From contig JAHEAU010000001.1 of assembly GCA_024642625.1 (NCBI GenBank), forward strand, positions 61-64,060: 64,000 nt of DNA. The letters are read 5' to 3'. The notes under the pieces were generated by a model. That model was not told the DNA's origin and did not search any database. It saw only the letters and a list, made by a program, of their open reading frames with translations. The stretch is from Lewinellaceae bacterium (GTDB lineage Bacteria > Bacteroidota > Bacteroidia > Chitinophagales > Saprospiraceae). Positions 39,611-49,669 of this stretch are shown piece by piece. A program made the position numbers and the translations under genes. The stretch's first letter is position 1; every line of letters begins with the position of its first letter.

Positions 39611-39958
39611 ATGGGAAAAAAGAACAACCGACGACAAGGAGTAGTTTTTTCAACAGATCCTAATTATAGTTATTCAGAACCTGTACACAAGGACGTCCCT
39701 ACTGCAGAACCAGGCCGTCAGAAATTACGCGTGTTGGTAGATCGAAAACAACGCGGCGGTAAAGAGGTAACCCTGGTCACGGGCTATATTGGCATGAAGG
39801 AAGATCTGGAGCAACTTGGGAAAACGCTGAAAAACAAATGTGGTACAGGAGGTAGTGTCAAAGACGGCGAAATCCTTGTCCAGGGAAATCAACGTGATAA
39901 GGTGATCAAGATTTTGTTGGAGATGGGATTCAGTGAAACAAAAGCCGCAGGAGGTTAA
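39611..39958 (+). CDS. yciH: translation initiation factor SUI1/YciH family
   Basis: 115 aa with RKQRGGKEVTLVTG and a ...GEILVQGNQRDKV... layout typical of bacterial SUI1 homologs. Confidence 0.85.
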   Translation: MGKKNNRRQGVVFSTDPNYSYSEPVHKDVPTAEPGRQKLRVLVDRKQRGGKEVTLVTGYIGMKEDLEQLGKTLKNKCGTGGSVKDGEILVQGNQRDKVIKILLEMGFSETKAAGG

Positions 39959-40791
39959 CCTGGATTTGTTGCCTCGACAATTCGATCCAATCCTTGCAAA
40001 TCTTGGTACAGGACTACATTGCAATAGCCATTCTCTTCGAAAATTGTTTTCGTTTCCTGTGCAGTGAATGTGGAACATTCAACAAATATCCGGCCTTCAG
40101 ATTTTAACACTTGACGTCCCTGGAGGGCTATTGTTCGATAAAATATTAGCGGGTCAGAACCTTCAGCAAAGAGTGCTTGGTGAGGTTCATAAGCTAAAAC
40201 GTCTGCCCCCAAACTAGAACGTTCAGATTCTGAGATATAAGGCGGATTGCTAATAATCAGGTCAAGGGATGGCAGTACGTGCCAAGACCCTTTATCCAGG
40301 GCATCGCTACAACGCAATTCTAGGTTGACCTGATGTCGGCCAGCATTCTTTGATGCGACTTCTAGCGCTTCTTTTGAAATATCCCAGACGATCATTTTGG
40401 TTATAGACAAAGCTGCAGCCAATGAAATAGCGATGTTGCCACTTCCTGTGCCCACATCAAGAATGGTAGGTGGCGTTTGCTTGGTTTTTAGCCAGTTCAA
40501 TGCAAGGTCGACCAGCTCCTCCGTTTCAGGGCGCGGAATCAATGTGTCGGGTGTGACAAAAAATGTTCGACCGAAAAAATGGGATATACCCGTGACATAT
40601 TGAATCGGTACTCCTGAATTCAGCTGAATTATGGCCTTGTCCAACCAGCCAGAATATTCTTCTGAATCAAGGGTATATGGAGAGTCTTCAATCAAAGCTC
40701 GGGACAACCAATACCGGTCTCGTTCTTCTGGGAAGTAGTGAGTTAGCTGAGAGTTGATAAGATCCTGAAAACGTGACCGTTCTGTTGTCAC
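39955..40791 (-). CDS. prmC: release factor glutamine N5-methyltransferase
   Basis: SAM motif ILDVGTGSGNI and catalytic NPPY (IISNPPYI). It has a GTG start overlapping the nspC stop (GTGA). Confidence 0.88.
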   Translation of the reverse strand: MTTERSRFQDLINSQLTHYFPEERDRYWLSRALIEDSPYTLDSEEYSGWLDKAIIQLNSGVPIQYVTGISHFFGRTFFVTPDTLIPRPETEELVDLALNWLKTKQTPPTILDVGTGSGNIAISLAAALSITKMIVWDISKEALEVASKNAGRHQVNLELRCSDALDKGSWHVLPSLDLIISNPPYISESERSSLGADVLAYEPHQALFAEGSDPLIFYRTIALQGRQVLKSEGRIFVECSTFTAQETKTIFEENGYCNVVLYQDLQGLDRIVEATNPG

Positions 40792-41927
40792 GATAACCGA
40801 TTCTTAAAATCGTCATAGGTGAATTTCCTAAAAAGTTCTACACGTTGATCCTTTGTCCACATAGCGAGAGTTGGATGTTTTACACCATTAAACGTGGTCG
40901 TTTTAACCATGGTATAATGGATCATATCTTCGAGGATCAGGTGATCTCCGATATTCAGAGGCTTTTGAAAAGAATACTCAGAGTGAAAATCACCGGCAAG
41001 ACAACTCGTACCTCCCAATCGATATGTCGGCAACCCCATTTGTGGATCTGAGGCACCTGTAATAACAGGGCGATAGGGCATTTCCAACGTATCTGGCATA
41101 TGCGCAGTAAATGACACATCCAGAATTGCTGTTTTTACGTCGTGATTATTGACAATATCCAGGACGGTACAATACAGATTCCCTGTTTGCCAGGCAATTG
41201 CACTACCTGGCTCCAGGATGATATGAACATCGTGTTTCTCTCTGAATTTCCTCAGGAGATTGATCAAATGACCGGTATCATACCCTTTTCTGGTCATGAG
41301 GTGGCCGCCCCCCATATTCAACCATTTCACATGAGACAATAGGTGTCCGAATCGCTTTTCCAAATTTTGTAGTACACCCTCAAGTGCAAATGAATCGGAC
41401 TCACATAAAGTGTGAAAGTGGAGCCCTTCTACCCCATCTGGCAGTCCATCCTGTAGATGCTCTTCCGTCATGCCCAATCGCGAGAATGGCGATGCCGGAT
41501 TATAGAGGTCAGTTTTGACATCTGAAAATTCTGGATTCACCCGAATGCCAGCTGAGATTGGCTGCACTGATGTTTTTAGCTGATCCTTGTATTGGTGAAA
41601 CTGGTTTAATGAATTGAATGTGATATGACTGGCATACGTCATCAGTTCTTCAAATTCATCGGGCATATAAACCGGTGCGTAGACATGGGCCCTGGCTTTC
41701 ATTTCCTCAAAGCAAAGTCGCGCTTCGTGCAGGGAAGAACCCGTTGCCCCACCGAGGTACTCACGGACAATAGGAAACGCCTTCCACATGGCAAATGCCT
41801 TGAAAGCCAGAATGATCTCAATACCTGCATCATCCTGAACTTGACGGATCAAAGCCAGATTATTCCTCAGTTTTTCTTCTTCCAGTACAAAGCTGGGAGA
41901 TGGAAAGCGGCTGTAATCGACAGGCAT
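40788..41927 (-). CDS. nspC: carboxynorspermidine/carboxyspermidine decarboxylase
   Basis: PLP-dependent decarboxylase fold (LNMGGGH, GGTSCLAGD). I set the start at the Met (MPVDYSRF) just after the upstream gene's stop; the frame is open to 42026. Confidence 0.85.
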   Translation of the reverse strand: MPVDYSRFPSPSFVLEEEKLRNNLALIRQVQDDAGIEIILAFKAFAMWKAFPIVREYLGGATGSSLHEARLCFEEMKARAHVYAPVYMPDEFEELMTYASHITFNSLNQFHQYKDQLKTSVQPISAGIRVNPEFSDVKTDLYNPASPFSRLGMTEEHLQDGLPDGVEGLHFHTLCESDSFALEGVLQNLEKRFGHLLSHVKWLNMGGGHLMTRKGYDTGHLINLLRKFREKHDVHIILEPGSAIAWQTGNLYCTVLDIVNNHDVKTAILDVSFTAHMPDTLEMPYRPVITGASDPQMGLPTYRLGGTSCLAGDFHSEYSFQKPLNIGDHLILEDMIHYTMVKTTTFNGVKHPTLAMWTKDQRVELFRKFTYDDFKNRLS

Positions 41928-41931
41928 CAAA

Positions 41932-43125
41932 TCACAATTCGAGGTCAATGCCGGTTTCTTCATGCCAAGGCAAACCATCAAGCTTGAGCCTGGCCATGAA
42001 GGGATCTGGATTAAATTCCTCGACATTGAAAACTCCTTGGCCGGACCATTCTCCAGTCATAATCATTCGGGCACCAATCATAGCCGGAACCCCGGTCGTG
42101 TACGACACGCCTTGAGTACCTGTTTCAGCGTATGCGTCTTCATGCCTGCAATTATTCCAAACGTAATACGTCTTTTCCTTTCCATCTTTTACCCCTCTGA
42201 TTCGGCATCCGATTGAAGTCTCGCCTGTATAGTTTTCACCTAGTTCACCCGGATCCGGCAGTACAGCTTTGAGGAATTCCAATGGAACGATATCTACCCC
42301 TTTAAATTTCACTGGAGCAATACCAGCCATGCCAATATTCTGAATGACTCGCAGGTGAGTTAAATATTCATCACCAAATGTCATCCAAAAGCGAGCCTGA
42401 TTCAATGAGGGGAAGTTCTTAACCAACGATTCCAGCTCCTCGTGATAAATGAGATACGACTTCTTGGGTCCTATCCCTGGGTAGGTCAACATTTTCCCAA
42501 TCTCATGAGGTTCTGTTTCGACCCACTGGCCGTTCTTCCAGTATTTTCCTTTCTGTGTGACCTCGCGGATATTGATTTCCGGATTAAAATTGGTTGCGAA
42601 GGCTTTCCCATGGTCGCCTGCATTACAATCGACGATATCCAGCATATGCATCTCATCAAAATGATGCTTGGCAGCATGTTTTGTGAAAATACTTGTGACA
42701 CCAGGATCAAATCCGCATCCCAACAAAGCCATAATACCGGCTTCTTTAAACCGATCATGGTACGCCCATTGCCATTTGTATTCAAATTTCGCAACGTCTT
42801 TTGGCTCGTAATTGGCGGTGTCCATATAATTGACACCGGTTTCCAAGCAGGCATCCATAATGGTCAAGTCTTGGTACGGCAAGGCCACATGGAGCACGAG
42901 ATCGGGCTGATAATCCTTGATAAGTGCCACCAATTCCGGAACATTATCTGCATCTACTTTGGCGGTCTTCACGCGATTTCCACCTATGGCAGCTGCGATT
43001 TGATCGCATTTGGATTTTGTCCTGCTCGCCAAAAGAATGTCTTCGAACACATCCGGATGCTGGGCACATTTAAATGCCACTACCCTGCCTACGCCCCCCG
43101 CTCCAATAATCAAGACTTTACCCAT
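41932..43125 (-). CDS. saccharopine-dehydrogenase-family carboxynorspermidine/carboxyspermidine dehydrogenase
   Basis: Rossmann start MGKVLIIGAGGVGRVVA, about 397 aa, adjacent to nspC. The frame is open to 43260, but that N-terminal extension looks non-coding. Confidence 0.85.
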   Translation of the reverse strand: MGKVLIIGAGGVGRVVAFKCAQHPDVFEDILLASRTKSKCDQIAAAIGGNRVKTAKVDADNVPELVALIKDYQPDLVLHVALPYQDLTIMDACLETGVNYMDTANYEPKDVAKFEYKWQWAYHDRFKEAGIMALLGCGFDPGVTSIFTKHAAKHHFDEMHMLDIVDCNAGDHGKAFATNFNPEINIREVTQKGKYWKNGQWVETEPHEIGKMLTYPGIGPKKSYLIYHEELESLVKNFPSLNQARFWMTFGDEYLTHLRVIQNIGMAGIAPVKFKGVDIVPLEFLKAVLPDPGELGENYTGETSIGCRIRGVKDGKEKTYYVWNNCRHEDAYAETGTQGVSYTTGVPAMIGARMIMTGEWSGQGVFNVEEFNPDPFMARLKLDGLPWHEETGIDLEL

Positions 43126-43127
43126 AA

Positions 43128-43135
43128 TACATTTG
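43128..43135 (+). promoter_or_regulatory. candidate -7 promoter box (TAnnTTTG) for the agmatinase gene
   Basis: TACATTTG lies 45 nt upstream of the ATG at 43181, in the short divergent region. Confidence 0.3.
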
Positions 43136-43180
43136 CTTATTGATCGGGCCAAAAGTAGCGAAAAAGGATAATTTCGCCAT

Positions 43181-44236
43181 ATGGATAGAAAGTCGCTCAG
43201 AGCACAAAGACTTCGACACTTCAACCCAAACGGAGTGGGATTACGCAATGGCCGATTCATTGGATTGCCATTTCATGAAGCAGAATCGGAAGTTGTCATT
43301 CAATCTATTCCATGGGATGTAACGGTTTCCTATGGCGCCGGAACGGCTCAAGGACCGGATATGGTTCTCGAAGCATCCGGACAATTGGACCTTGAAGATC
43401 CAGTCGTGGAAAACGCATGGACTTTGGGGGTCTTTGTTCGTCCTTCTTCAGTAAAGGTTGCCGATCAGTCTGCAGCATTGCGAATAAAGTCGGAATTTCA
43501 CATTGAGTCACTAGAATCTGGGTTGCGTACTGATCGAAGTATCGAGATTCTGGAGGATATTAATGCCGCCTGTGATGCGCTGCATGAACAAGTTTATCAA
43601 GACAGCAAGCACATCCTGAAACTAGGCCAAATCCCGGCCGTTCTTGGGGGTGATCACAGTACGCCATATGGATTGATCCGGGCTCTCAATGAACAATTTC
43701 CGGAAATGGGCATCCTTCAAATCGATGCACACATGGATTTGCGATCCGCCTATGAAGGCTTTGTCTGGTCGCACGCATCCATTTTTCACAATGTAATGCA
43801 TCGATTGCCAATTGCTCGATTGGTTCAGGTCGGTATTCGGGATTATTGCGAAGAAGAATGGACGCTTGCGTCAAGTGATACCGATCGGTTCAAGGTATTT
43901 CGAGACCGGGATATCCGTCAAGGTCAATTTCAAGGTAAGTCCATTGCCTCCATTTGGCAGGAGGTGGTAGACGCTTTACCCAAGGAGGTCTATGTCAGTT
44001 TTGATATTGATGGCTTGGATCCTTCCCTGTGCCCTGGAACAGGAACTCCCGTGCCTGGTGGCTTGTCATATGCCGAAGCCAATGCGCTGTTGGATTTGAT
44101 TGTTGACAGTGGGCGAACCATTGTCGGTTTTGACGTTTGTGAAGTAGCCGGGAATGTTGATTGGGATGGGAATGTAGGCGCCCGAATTCTCTATCGATTA
44201 GCCAATCTAGCTGGTCATTCTCAGGGTCGTATTTAA
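43181..44236 (+). CDS. speB: ureohydrolase (arginase family), probable agmatinase
   Basis: Mn-binding motifs GGDHS, QIDAHMDLR and SFDIDGLDP. The agmatinase assignment is inferred from the divergent polyamine genes next to it. Confidence 0.7.
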   Translation: MDRKSLRAQRLRHFNPNGVGLRNGRFIGLPFHEAESEVVIQSIPWDVTVSYGAGTAQGPDMVLEASGQLDLEDPVVENAWTLGVFVRPSSVKVADQSAALRIKSEFHIESLESGLRTDRSIEILEDINAACDALHEQVYQDSKHILKLGQIPAVLGGDHSTPYGLIRALNEQFPEMGILQIDAHMDLRSAYEGFVWSHASIFHNVMHRLPIARLVQVGIRDYCEEEWTLASSDTDRFKVFRDRDIRQGQFQGKSIASIWQEVVDALPKEVYVSFDIDGLDPSLCPGTGTPVPGGLSYAEANALLDLIVDSGRTIVGFDVCEVAGNVDWDGNVGARILYRLANLAGHSQGRI

Positions 44237-44239
44237 GCT

Positions 44240-44806
44240 TCAGGTCATATACAGATTCACGGATTCTTCGATTTGCCAACCGTCAGGATGGTGCTTCAAC
44301 CGAGAAATACGCTGTGCTGTCCACTCATAGTTCAGATTCATCTTGTCAAAAAAGTGAAGAGCGGCTTCGTATCGATCCTCACTTAAATCCCTGAATGCCA
44401 ATGTTACATGGGGTTGAAAGGACTTCAAGGTGCCGGACTTTAACAACTTATGCTCATTGAAAGCGCACATCAATTCATGCTGCAAGGCCTGGAGCTCCTG
44501 ATTTCGATCAACATCGACATAAACAACTTTTGGAGGGAACCCTCTGATACCTTTCAATTGAATGTGAAACGGATTTCGTTCTCCTGCTATTTTCTGGATG
44601 AACGAGCTTGTTGATGCAAGCTTTTCTGGAGAGAGCCGGATTGGTTGGATCAATGTGATATGTGCTGGTGATCGCAACGCATGCTGACTGCCAAATTGAT
44701 CCGCGGCCAATTGTTTTAGCGTGGTGAGTTCGTTCAGGAGATGGCCTTCAGCTACTATTGCCCAAAAATAAAGTGAATGCTGGTTGACGTTTTGACGTGT
44801 GGTCAT
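44240..44806 (-). CDS. 2H phosphoesterase (LigT / 2'-5' RNA ligase-like)
   Basis: 188 aa with two HxT motifs (PAHITLI and QPHVTLA). It shares an ATGA overlap with the upstream pyrC. Confidence 0.7.
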   Translation of the reverse strand: MTTRQNVNQHSLYFWAIVAEGHLLNELTTLKQLAADQFGSQHALRSPAHITLIQPIRLSPEKLASTSSFIQKIAGERNPFHIQLKGIRGFPPKVVYVDVDRNQELQALQHELMCAFNEHKLLKSGTLKSFQPHVTLAFRDLSEDRYEAALHFFDKMNLNYEWTAQRISRLKHHPDGWQIEESVNLYMT

Positions 44807-46146
44807 TCCAACGGTGTAAATACCAAACGTTGACCTGGCTTTTCAGACACGATTTGGCCGTGATCAAAAACAAGATTCCCGTTTACATAGGTTTGATCTA
44901 CCCGGCCTTTCACGTTGACACCTTCAAGGGGTGACCACTTGCATTTGTAAAAGAGTTGTTCTTTTTGGATAGTCCATTTTGTTTCGGGGTCAACAACAAC
45001 AAGATCAGCAAACGCACCTTCATCTAAATAGCCGCGGTCGGGAATCCGGAAGCATTCTGCAGGAGCGTGACACATCTTCTCGACCAGTTTCTCCAGGCTC
45101 AACTTGCCGGCATGAACCTCCTGGAGCATCAGCACCAATGCATGTTGTACAAGGGGCAAGCCGGATGGCGCTTTCATGTAGTTCTGTTGCTTTTCGTCCC
45201 ATGTATGTGGCGCATGATCTGTCGCAATGATATCCAGTTTATTCTCGAGCAAACCCTGCCATAATGCCTTTCGATCTGAAGGGGATTTGATAGCGGGATT
45301 ACATTTTATCAATGAACCGAGTTGAGGATAATCGTCGGAACTAAAATGCAAGTGGTGGACGCATACTTCGGCTGTGATCCGCTTCTGCTTAAGTGGCGTT
45401 GTATGATCAAAGAGCTCTAGTTCCTTCGCGGTTGTGAGATGGAGGATATGTAGTCGGGTATTGTGCTGTTTGGCGAGCTCCACAGCCATTGAAGACGATC
45501 TGTAACAAGCCAAATCGTCTCGGATGAGTGGGTGAGCCACAAAGGGGATATCGTCCCCGTATTTCGCTTTGTAAACCTCAAGGTGTTCATTGATCGTTTG
45601 TTCGTCTTCACAGTGTGTTGCAATAAGCATGTGAGAACGTGAAAACAGATTATCAAGCGTTCGACGGTCATCGACCAGCATATTCCCTGTACTGGAACCC
45701 ATGAAGATTTTTATACCACAAACATTTACAGGGTCTGTCCGGAGCACTTCTTCCAGGTTATCATTGGACGTGCCCATGAAAAAGGAATAATTGGCGATGG
45801 AATCACGAGAAGCAGTATCGTATTTCTGCTCCAGCAGCTCCCGGGTCAAGGCGGGTGGGTTGGTGTTGGGCATTTCCATAAAGGACGTTGTCCCACCAGC
45901 TACTGCTGCTCTTGATTCGGTATAAATTTGCGCCTTATGCGTCAGGCCAGGTTCACGAAAATGGACTTGATCATCAATGATTCCAGGGAAAATAAGTCGT
46001 CCATGGAGATCAACTTCATGGATAGAATTTGGCGCATGAATCAATGGCGCAATCTGTTTGATCCTTCCATCCTTGATCCAAATATCACCTTCTACGATTT
46101 GTCCTCGATTAACTATTCTGCCATTTCGTAGTATTCGTTCCTGCAT
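44803..46146 (-). CDS. pyrC: dihydroorotase (cyclic amidohydrolase, long type)
   Basis: 447 aa with the metal-binding motif GIIDDQVHFREPG, then ATHCEDE and ATDHAPH. Confidence 0.85.
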   Translation of the reverse strand: MQERILRNGRIVNRGQIVEGDIWIKDGRIKQIAPLIHAPNSIHEVDLHGRLIFPGIIDDQVHFREPGLTHKAQIYTESRAAVAGGTTSFMEMPNTNPPALTRELLEQKYDTASRDSIANYSFFMGTSNDNLEEVLRTDPVNVCGIKIFMGSSTGNMLVDDRRTLDNLFSRSHMLIATHCEDEQTINEHLEVYKAKYGDDIPFVAHPLIRDDLACYRSSSMAVELAKQHNTRLHILHLTTAKELELFDHTTPLKQKRITAEVCVHHLHFSSDDYPQLGSLIKCNPAIKSPSDRKALWQGLLENKLDIIATDHAPHTWDEKQQNYMKAPSGLPLVQHALVLMLQEVHAGKLSLEKLVEKMCHAPAECFRIPDRGYLDEGAFADLVVVDPETKWTIQKEQLFYKCKWSPLEGVNVKGRVDQTYVNGNLVFDHGQIVSEKPGQRLVFTPLE

Positions 46147-46208
46147 TATTCCTGGTTTGTTACAAACATAAAGACTCGTGGACTACCGTTTGTTAAAGTC
46201 AGACGGAT

Positions 46209-46216
46209 TATTTTTG
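46209..46216 (+). promoter_or_regulatory. candidate -7 promoter box (TAnnTTTG) for purK-purE
   Basis: TATTTTTG lies 14 nt upstream of the ATG at 46231. Confidence 0.35.
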
Positions 46217-46230
46217 GCGACAATCTAAAT

Positions 46231-47382
46231 ATGTTGAAACAATTTACACAACAGAAGATCGGAATCCTGGGTGGAGGTCAGCTTGGGAAAATGCTTTGTC
46301 AGGCTGGTTCACAATGGGGACTGGATCTTTCGATTCTGGATGAGCGCCCCGATTTTCCAGCCGGACAAGTTTGTCCACAATTTACTGTTGGTCATTTTCG
46401 TCAGGCAGAAGATGTCCTGGCGTTTGGTAAAGACAAGGATGTCATCACCATCGAAATTGAGCATGTTTCAGTAGAGGCGCTTGAGCAATTGGAACAAGAA
46501 GGTATACTGGTTTATCCGGGTCCGGCTGTATTGCGAATTATTCAGGATAAAGGTCTTCAGAAAGAGTTTTATCGTCAACATCAGATTCCAACAGCACCCT
46601 TTCAATTGATGGCCTCAAGTGATGCAATTCGTTTTGCTGTGAAATCTGGAACGCTCAAATTGCCCTTTGTTCAAAAGACCCGAGAGGCTGGGTATGATGG
46701 CAGGGGGGTTGCCGTTATCCGGAATGTAGAAGATCTGGAAAAGCTTTTGGATGGTCCTTCTCTGATAGAAGAACTGGTTGCTATGTCAAAGGAAATAGCT
46801 GTCGTTGTAGCTCGCGACATTCATGGAGAAGTGAAGGCATTTCCAGCAGTTGAAATGGTCTTTCACGAGGAAGCCAATCTTGTCGAATTTCTCAGTTGTC
46901 CGGCAGCGATAACCGCGGAACAAGAATCAATTGCGGAAGCATTGGCAATTCAGGTAGCCCAGGCTTTTGGAACAGTTGGTCTTCTTGCTGTTGAACTTTT
47001 TTTGACAGATTCTGGTGATTTTCTGGTCAATGAAGTAGCCCCTCGTCCGCATAACAGTGGCCACCATACTATTGAGTGTTGTGAAACGTCTCAATACGAG
47101 CAGCATCTGAGAGCGATAACAGGGTTACCTTTGGGCAGCACTCGACTTATCCGTCCTGGTATCATGTTGAATTTACTGGGTGAACCTGGATATACTGGTG
47201 CAGCGATATATGAGGGATGGGATGAATGTATCGAGTGGCCAGGCGTCCATGTTCATTTGTATGGAAAGGCTGAAACCCGACCATACCGTAAAATGGGTCA
47301 TGTAACAGTAGTTGCAGATACACTCGAAGAAGCACGGGACCGGGCCCGATTTGTCCGGGATAAATTGAAGGTTATAGCATGA
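46231..47382 (+). CDS. purK: 5-(carboxyamino)imidazole ribonucleotide synthase
   Basis: ATP-grasp protein with N-terminal [10 protein letters not shown] and [12 protein letters not shown]. It overlaps purE by 4 nt. Confidence 0.93.
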   Translation: MLKQFTQQKIGILGGGQLGKMLCQAGSQWGLDLSILDERPDFPAGQVCPQFTVGHFRQAEDVLAFGKDKDVITIEIEHVSVEALEQLEQEGILVYPGPAVLRIIQDKGLQKEFYRQHQIPTAPFQLMASSDAIRFAVKSGTLKLPFVQKTREAGYDGRGVAVIRNVEDLEKLLDGPSLIEELVAMSKEIAVVVARDIHGEVKAFPAVEMVFHEEANLVEFLSCPAAITAEQESIAEALAIQVAQAFGTVGLLAVELFLTDSGDFLVNEVAPRPHNSGHHTIECCETSQYEQHLRAITGLPLGSTRLIRPGIMLNLLGEPGYTGAAIYEGWDECIEWPGVHVHLYGKAETRPYRKMGHVTVVADTLEEARDRARFVRDKLKVIA

Positions 47383-47900
47383 ATACACCACTTGTCAGCA
47401 TCATCATGGGATCGGATTCCGACCTGTCGGTCATGTCTCCCGCCGCTCAGTTTTTGGAAGAAATGGGAATACCTGTCGAGGTGACAGTTGTTTCTGCCCA
47501 CCGAACACCTGAGCGAATGGTTGAGTTTGCTCGTCAAGCCCATATCCGGGGTATTCGAGTGATCATCGCAGGTGCCGGGGGTGCGGCTCATCTGCCAGGT
47601 ATGGTTGCCTCCATGTCACCATTGCCTGTGATCGGTGTGCCCGTCAGATCGTCAAATTCAATTGATGGATGGGATTCAATTCTGTCCATCCTTCAAATGC
47701 CAAATGGCATTCCTGTGGCTACTGTTGCATTGAATGCAGGCAAAAATGCAGGTATTCTGGCCGCCCGTATACTGGGGGCGTCAGATATGGGTGTACAAAA
47801 AAAGGTCCTGGAATACATGCAGTCACTGCAGGATCAAGTCCTCGAAAAAGCACATCAACTGGAAAAGACAGGGTATAAAAAATACCAACCACCAGCCTGA
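47379..47900 (+). CDS. purE: 5-(carboxyamino)imidazole ribonucleotide mutase
   Basis: Motifs IIMGSDSDL and [12 protein letters not shown]. Confidence 0.95.
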   Translation: MNTPLVSIIMGSDSDLSVMSPAAQFLEEMGIPVEVTVVSAHRTPERMVEFARQAHIRGIRVIIAGAGGAAHLPGMVASMSPLPVIGVPVRSSNSIDGWDSILSILQMPNGIPVATVALNAGKNAGILAARILGASDMGVQKKVLEYMQSLQDQVLEKAHQLEKTGYKKYQPPA

Positions 47901-47921
47901 GCTGATGGTTGGTATTTCTGT
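47876..47921. terminator. bidirectional hairpin between convergent purE and the OmpA/TSP3 gene
   Basis: 10-bp stem ATACCAACCA / TGGTTGGTAT (47882-47891 with 47906-47915) and a 14-nt loop. An A run lies upstream and a T-rich tract downstream. It overlaps the last purE codons. Confidence 0.5.
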
Positions 47922-49669
47922 TACTTGAGATACATGATGAACTCGACCCTGCGGTTCATCCTTCGTCCTTCTTCTGTCTTGTTACTCGTGATCGCTCTTG
48001 TTTCACCAAACCCGGATGGCAACATGCGATTTGCGGTCACACCTCTGGATATCAAGTAATTATAACAGGCTCGCGCACGCTGTTCTGAAAGCAATAAGTT
48101 GCTGGCTGGGCGGCCGACATTGTCTGTATGTCCATTGATGATCAAGTGATAATCAGGATATTTCAGGAGGACTTCAGCCACTCGATCTAAGGTGATATAA
48201 GATTCCGGTAAAATAGTCGGAGATCCGGTTTCAAACTGGACATTTCGCATGGCTAATTCCAAAGCTGATCGATCCTCAGTCGTGATGATTGGACAACCGT
48301 CGTTATTAGCTGGTCCAGCTCGATCCGGACATCTGTCTTTCGGATCGACAACACCATCCCCATCCCGGTCAGGACATCCATTGATCTTTCCTGCCAAAGT
48401 CGGACAGTCATCTTTTGAATCAGGGAATCCGTCCCCGTCCTGATCGCCTTCAGGTGGGCATCCTTTTAATTCGGGTAGACCCGGCACATTTGGACAGGCA
48501 TCCTCATTATCCATGATACCATCACCATCAGAATCTTTGGGTGGTGGACATCCTTTCAGATTGGCAAGACCGGCAATATCAGGACATTCATCTTCGCTAT
48601 CTGCAATACCATCACCGTCACGATCAGGACAGCCATTTGCAGGGCCAGGAGTTTGAGGACATTTGTCCCGATTATCCGGGATGCCATCTCCGTCGCTATC
48701 TGTAGTTACTGGGCAGCCATTGTCTTCAGCTAACCCTGGTTCATCCGGACATTCGTCAATGTTGTCGATCACGCCATCATCGTCACGATCCGGGCATCCT
48801 CCGTTGGTGGCCAGGCCGGATTGCTCTGGGCATTGATCGACATTATCGGTCAAGCCATCACCATCTGTATCCGGGCACCCGTTGAGTGCGGCAGGCCCTG
48901 GCAATTCAGGACATTCATCTTGGGCATCCGCGACGCCATCATCATCCTTATCCGGACAGCCTTTCGCGTTGATTGTACCCGGTTCTTCCGGACAAAGGTC
49001 TTCCGGGTCAGGTACGCCATCCTTGTCTGTGTCAGGGCATCCTTTAAACTCTGGCAAACCAGGTAGGGCTGGACAACGATCATCAGGGTCCATGATCCCA
49101 TCCTGATCCGAGTCAACAGGTATCACAATTTTTTTCAATCCTGGAACATAAAGGAAACCTAAGGCATATTGAAGATTGTCCTTTCCGGAAGCCATTGATT
49201 TTCGAAACTCCGCTTGTGTACTCAGATAGAAATCTCTTGATAACTTGATATTTAAACCGATACCAAACGGAAACTGAATATTTGATTCAGCATAATCTTC
49301 AAGGACAAGTCCACCACCCGCAAAAAAGTATGGGCTGGCCAACTTGTCAGGGTCAAAAAATGAGCCTTGCAAGAGAAGATCCAGGCTGGTAAAACGAATG
49401 TCCTGCTGTGCGCCAGGGAATTTGGCAACACCAAATTTTAAAGGAAGAACAATGTTGAGGTATTTCCAACCTACATTCCGATGATAGTTCACTTCTATCC
49501 CATTGCTGATCTGTTGAGGTTCAGCATTATCATAGATATTGGGAGTATAGTGATCCAAAAGGAGGAACCTGGCACCAATACCATCAGGGTGAAGGGGTGT
49601 TTGTGTCCAGGCCATATTTGCCAGGACCATCCCGCAAAGGATGAGGGTTTGGCGAAGCACACGGGTCAT
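47921..49669 (-). CDS. OmpA-family outer membrane protein with 10 thrombospondin type 3 repeats
   Basis: Signal peptide MTRVLRQTLILCGMVLANMAWTQ (the frame is open to 49696) and an N-terminal barrel-like region. Ten GCPDxDxDGxxDxxDxCP repeats precede an OmpA-like C-terminus with NRRVEF. It is a paralog of 14216-15628. Confidence 0.85.
   Translation of the reverse strand: MTRVLRQTLILCGMVLANMAWTQTPLHPDGIGARFLLLDHYTPNIYDNAEPQQISNGIEVNYHRNVGWKYLNIVLPLKFGVAKFPGAQQDIRFTSLDLLLQGSFFDPDKLASPYFFAGGGLVLEDYAESNIQFPFGIGLNIKLSRDFYLSTQAEFRKSMASGKDNLQYALGFLYVPGLKKIVIPVDSDQDGIMDPDDRCPALPGLPEFKGCPDTDKDGVPDPEDLCPEEPGTINAKGCPDKDDDGVADAQDECPELPGPAALNGCPDTDGDGLTDNVDQCPEQSGLATNGGCPDRDDDGVIDNIDECPDEPGLAEDNGCPVTTDSDGDGIPDNRDKCPQTPGPANGCPDRDGDGIADSEDECPDIAGLANLKGCPPPKDSDGDGIMDNEDACPNVPGLPELKGCPPEGDQDGDGFPDSKDDCPTLAGKINGCPDRDGDGVVDPKDRCPDRAGPANNDGCPIITTEDRSALELAMRNVQFETGSPTILPESYITLDRVAEVLLKYPDYHLIINGHTDNVGRPASNLLLSEQRARACYNYLISRGVTANRMLPSGFGETRAITSNKTEEGRRMNRRVEFIMYLK
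48291..49116 (-). repeat. in-frame tandem TSP3 repeat array (10 copies)
   Basis: Repeated units such as DTDKDGVPDPEDLCPEEPGTINAKGCP. The array produces several spurious antisense ORFs. Confidence 0.85.

Noticed and set aside
39953-39960. Palindrome GGTTAACC containing the stop codons of both convergent genes (yciH TAA and prmC TAA).
   Set aside because: It is a coincidental 4-nt convergent overlap at an 8-bp palindrome, and no further structure surrounds it.
42442-43143. 233-aa plus-strand ORF.
   Set aside because: It is entirely antisense to the carboxynorspermidine dehydrogenase gene, which has a clear Rossmann motif and full-length family resemblance. The antisense product has no motif.
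43126-43260. N-terminal extension of 45 codons on the dehydrogenase ORF, and a similar 33-codon extension on nspC (41928-42026).
   Set aside because: The family-typical starts (MGKVLIIGAGGVG, and MPVDYSRF right after the upstream stop) fit better. The extensions would overlap neighbouring genes or the promoter region.
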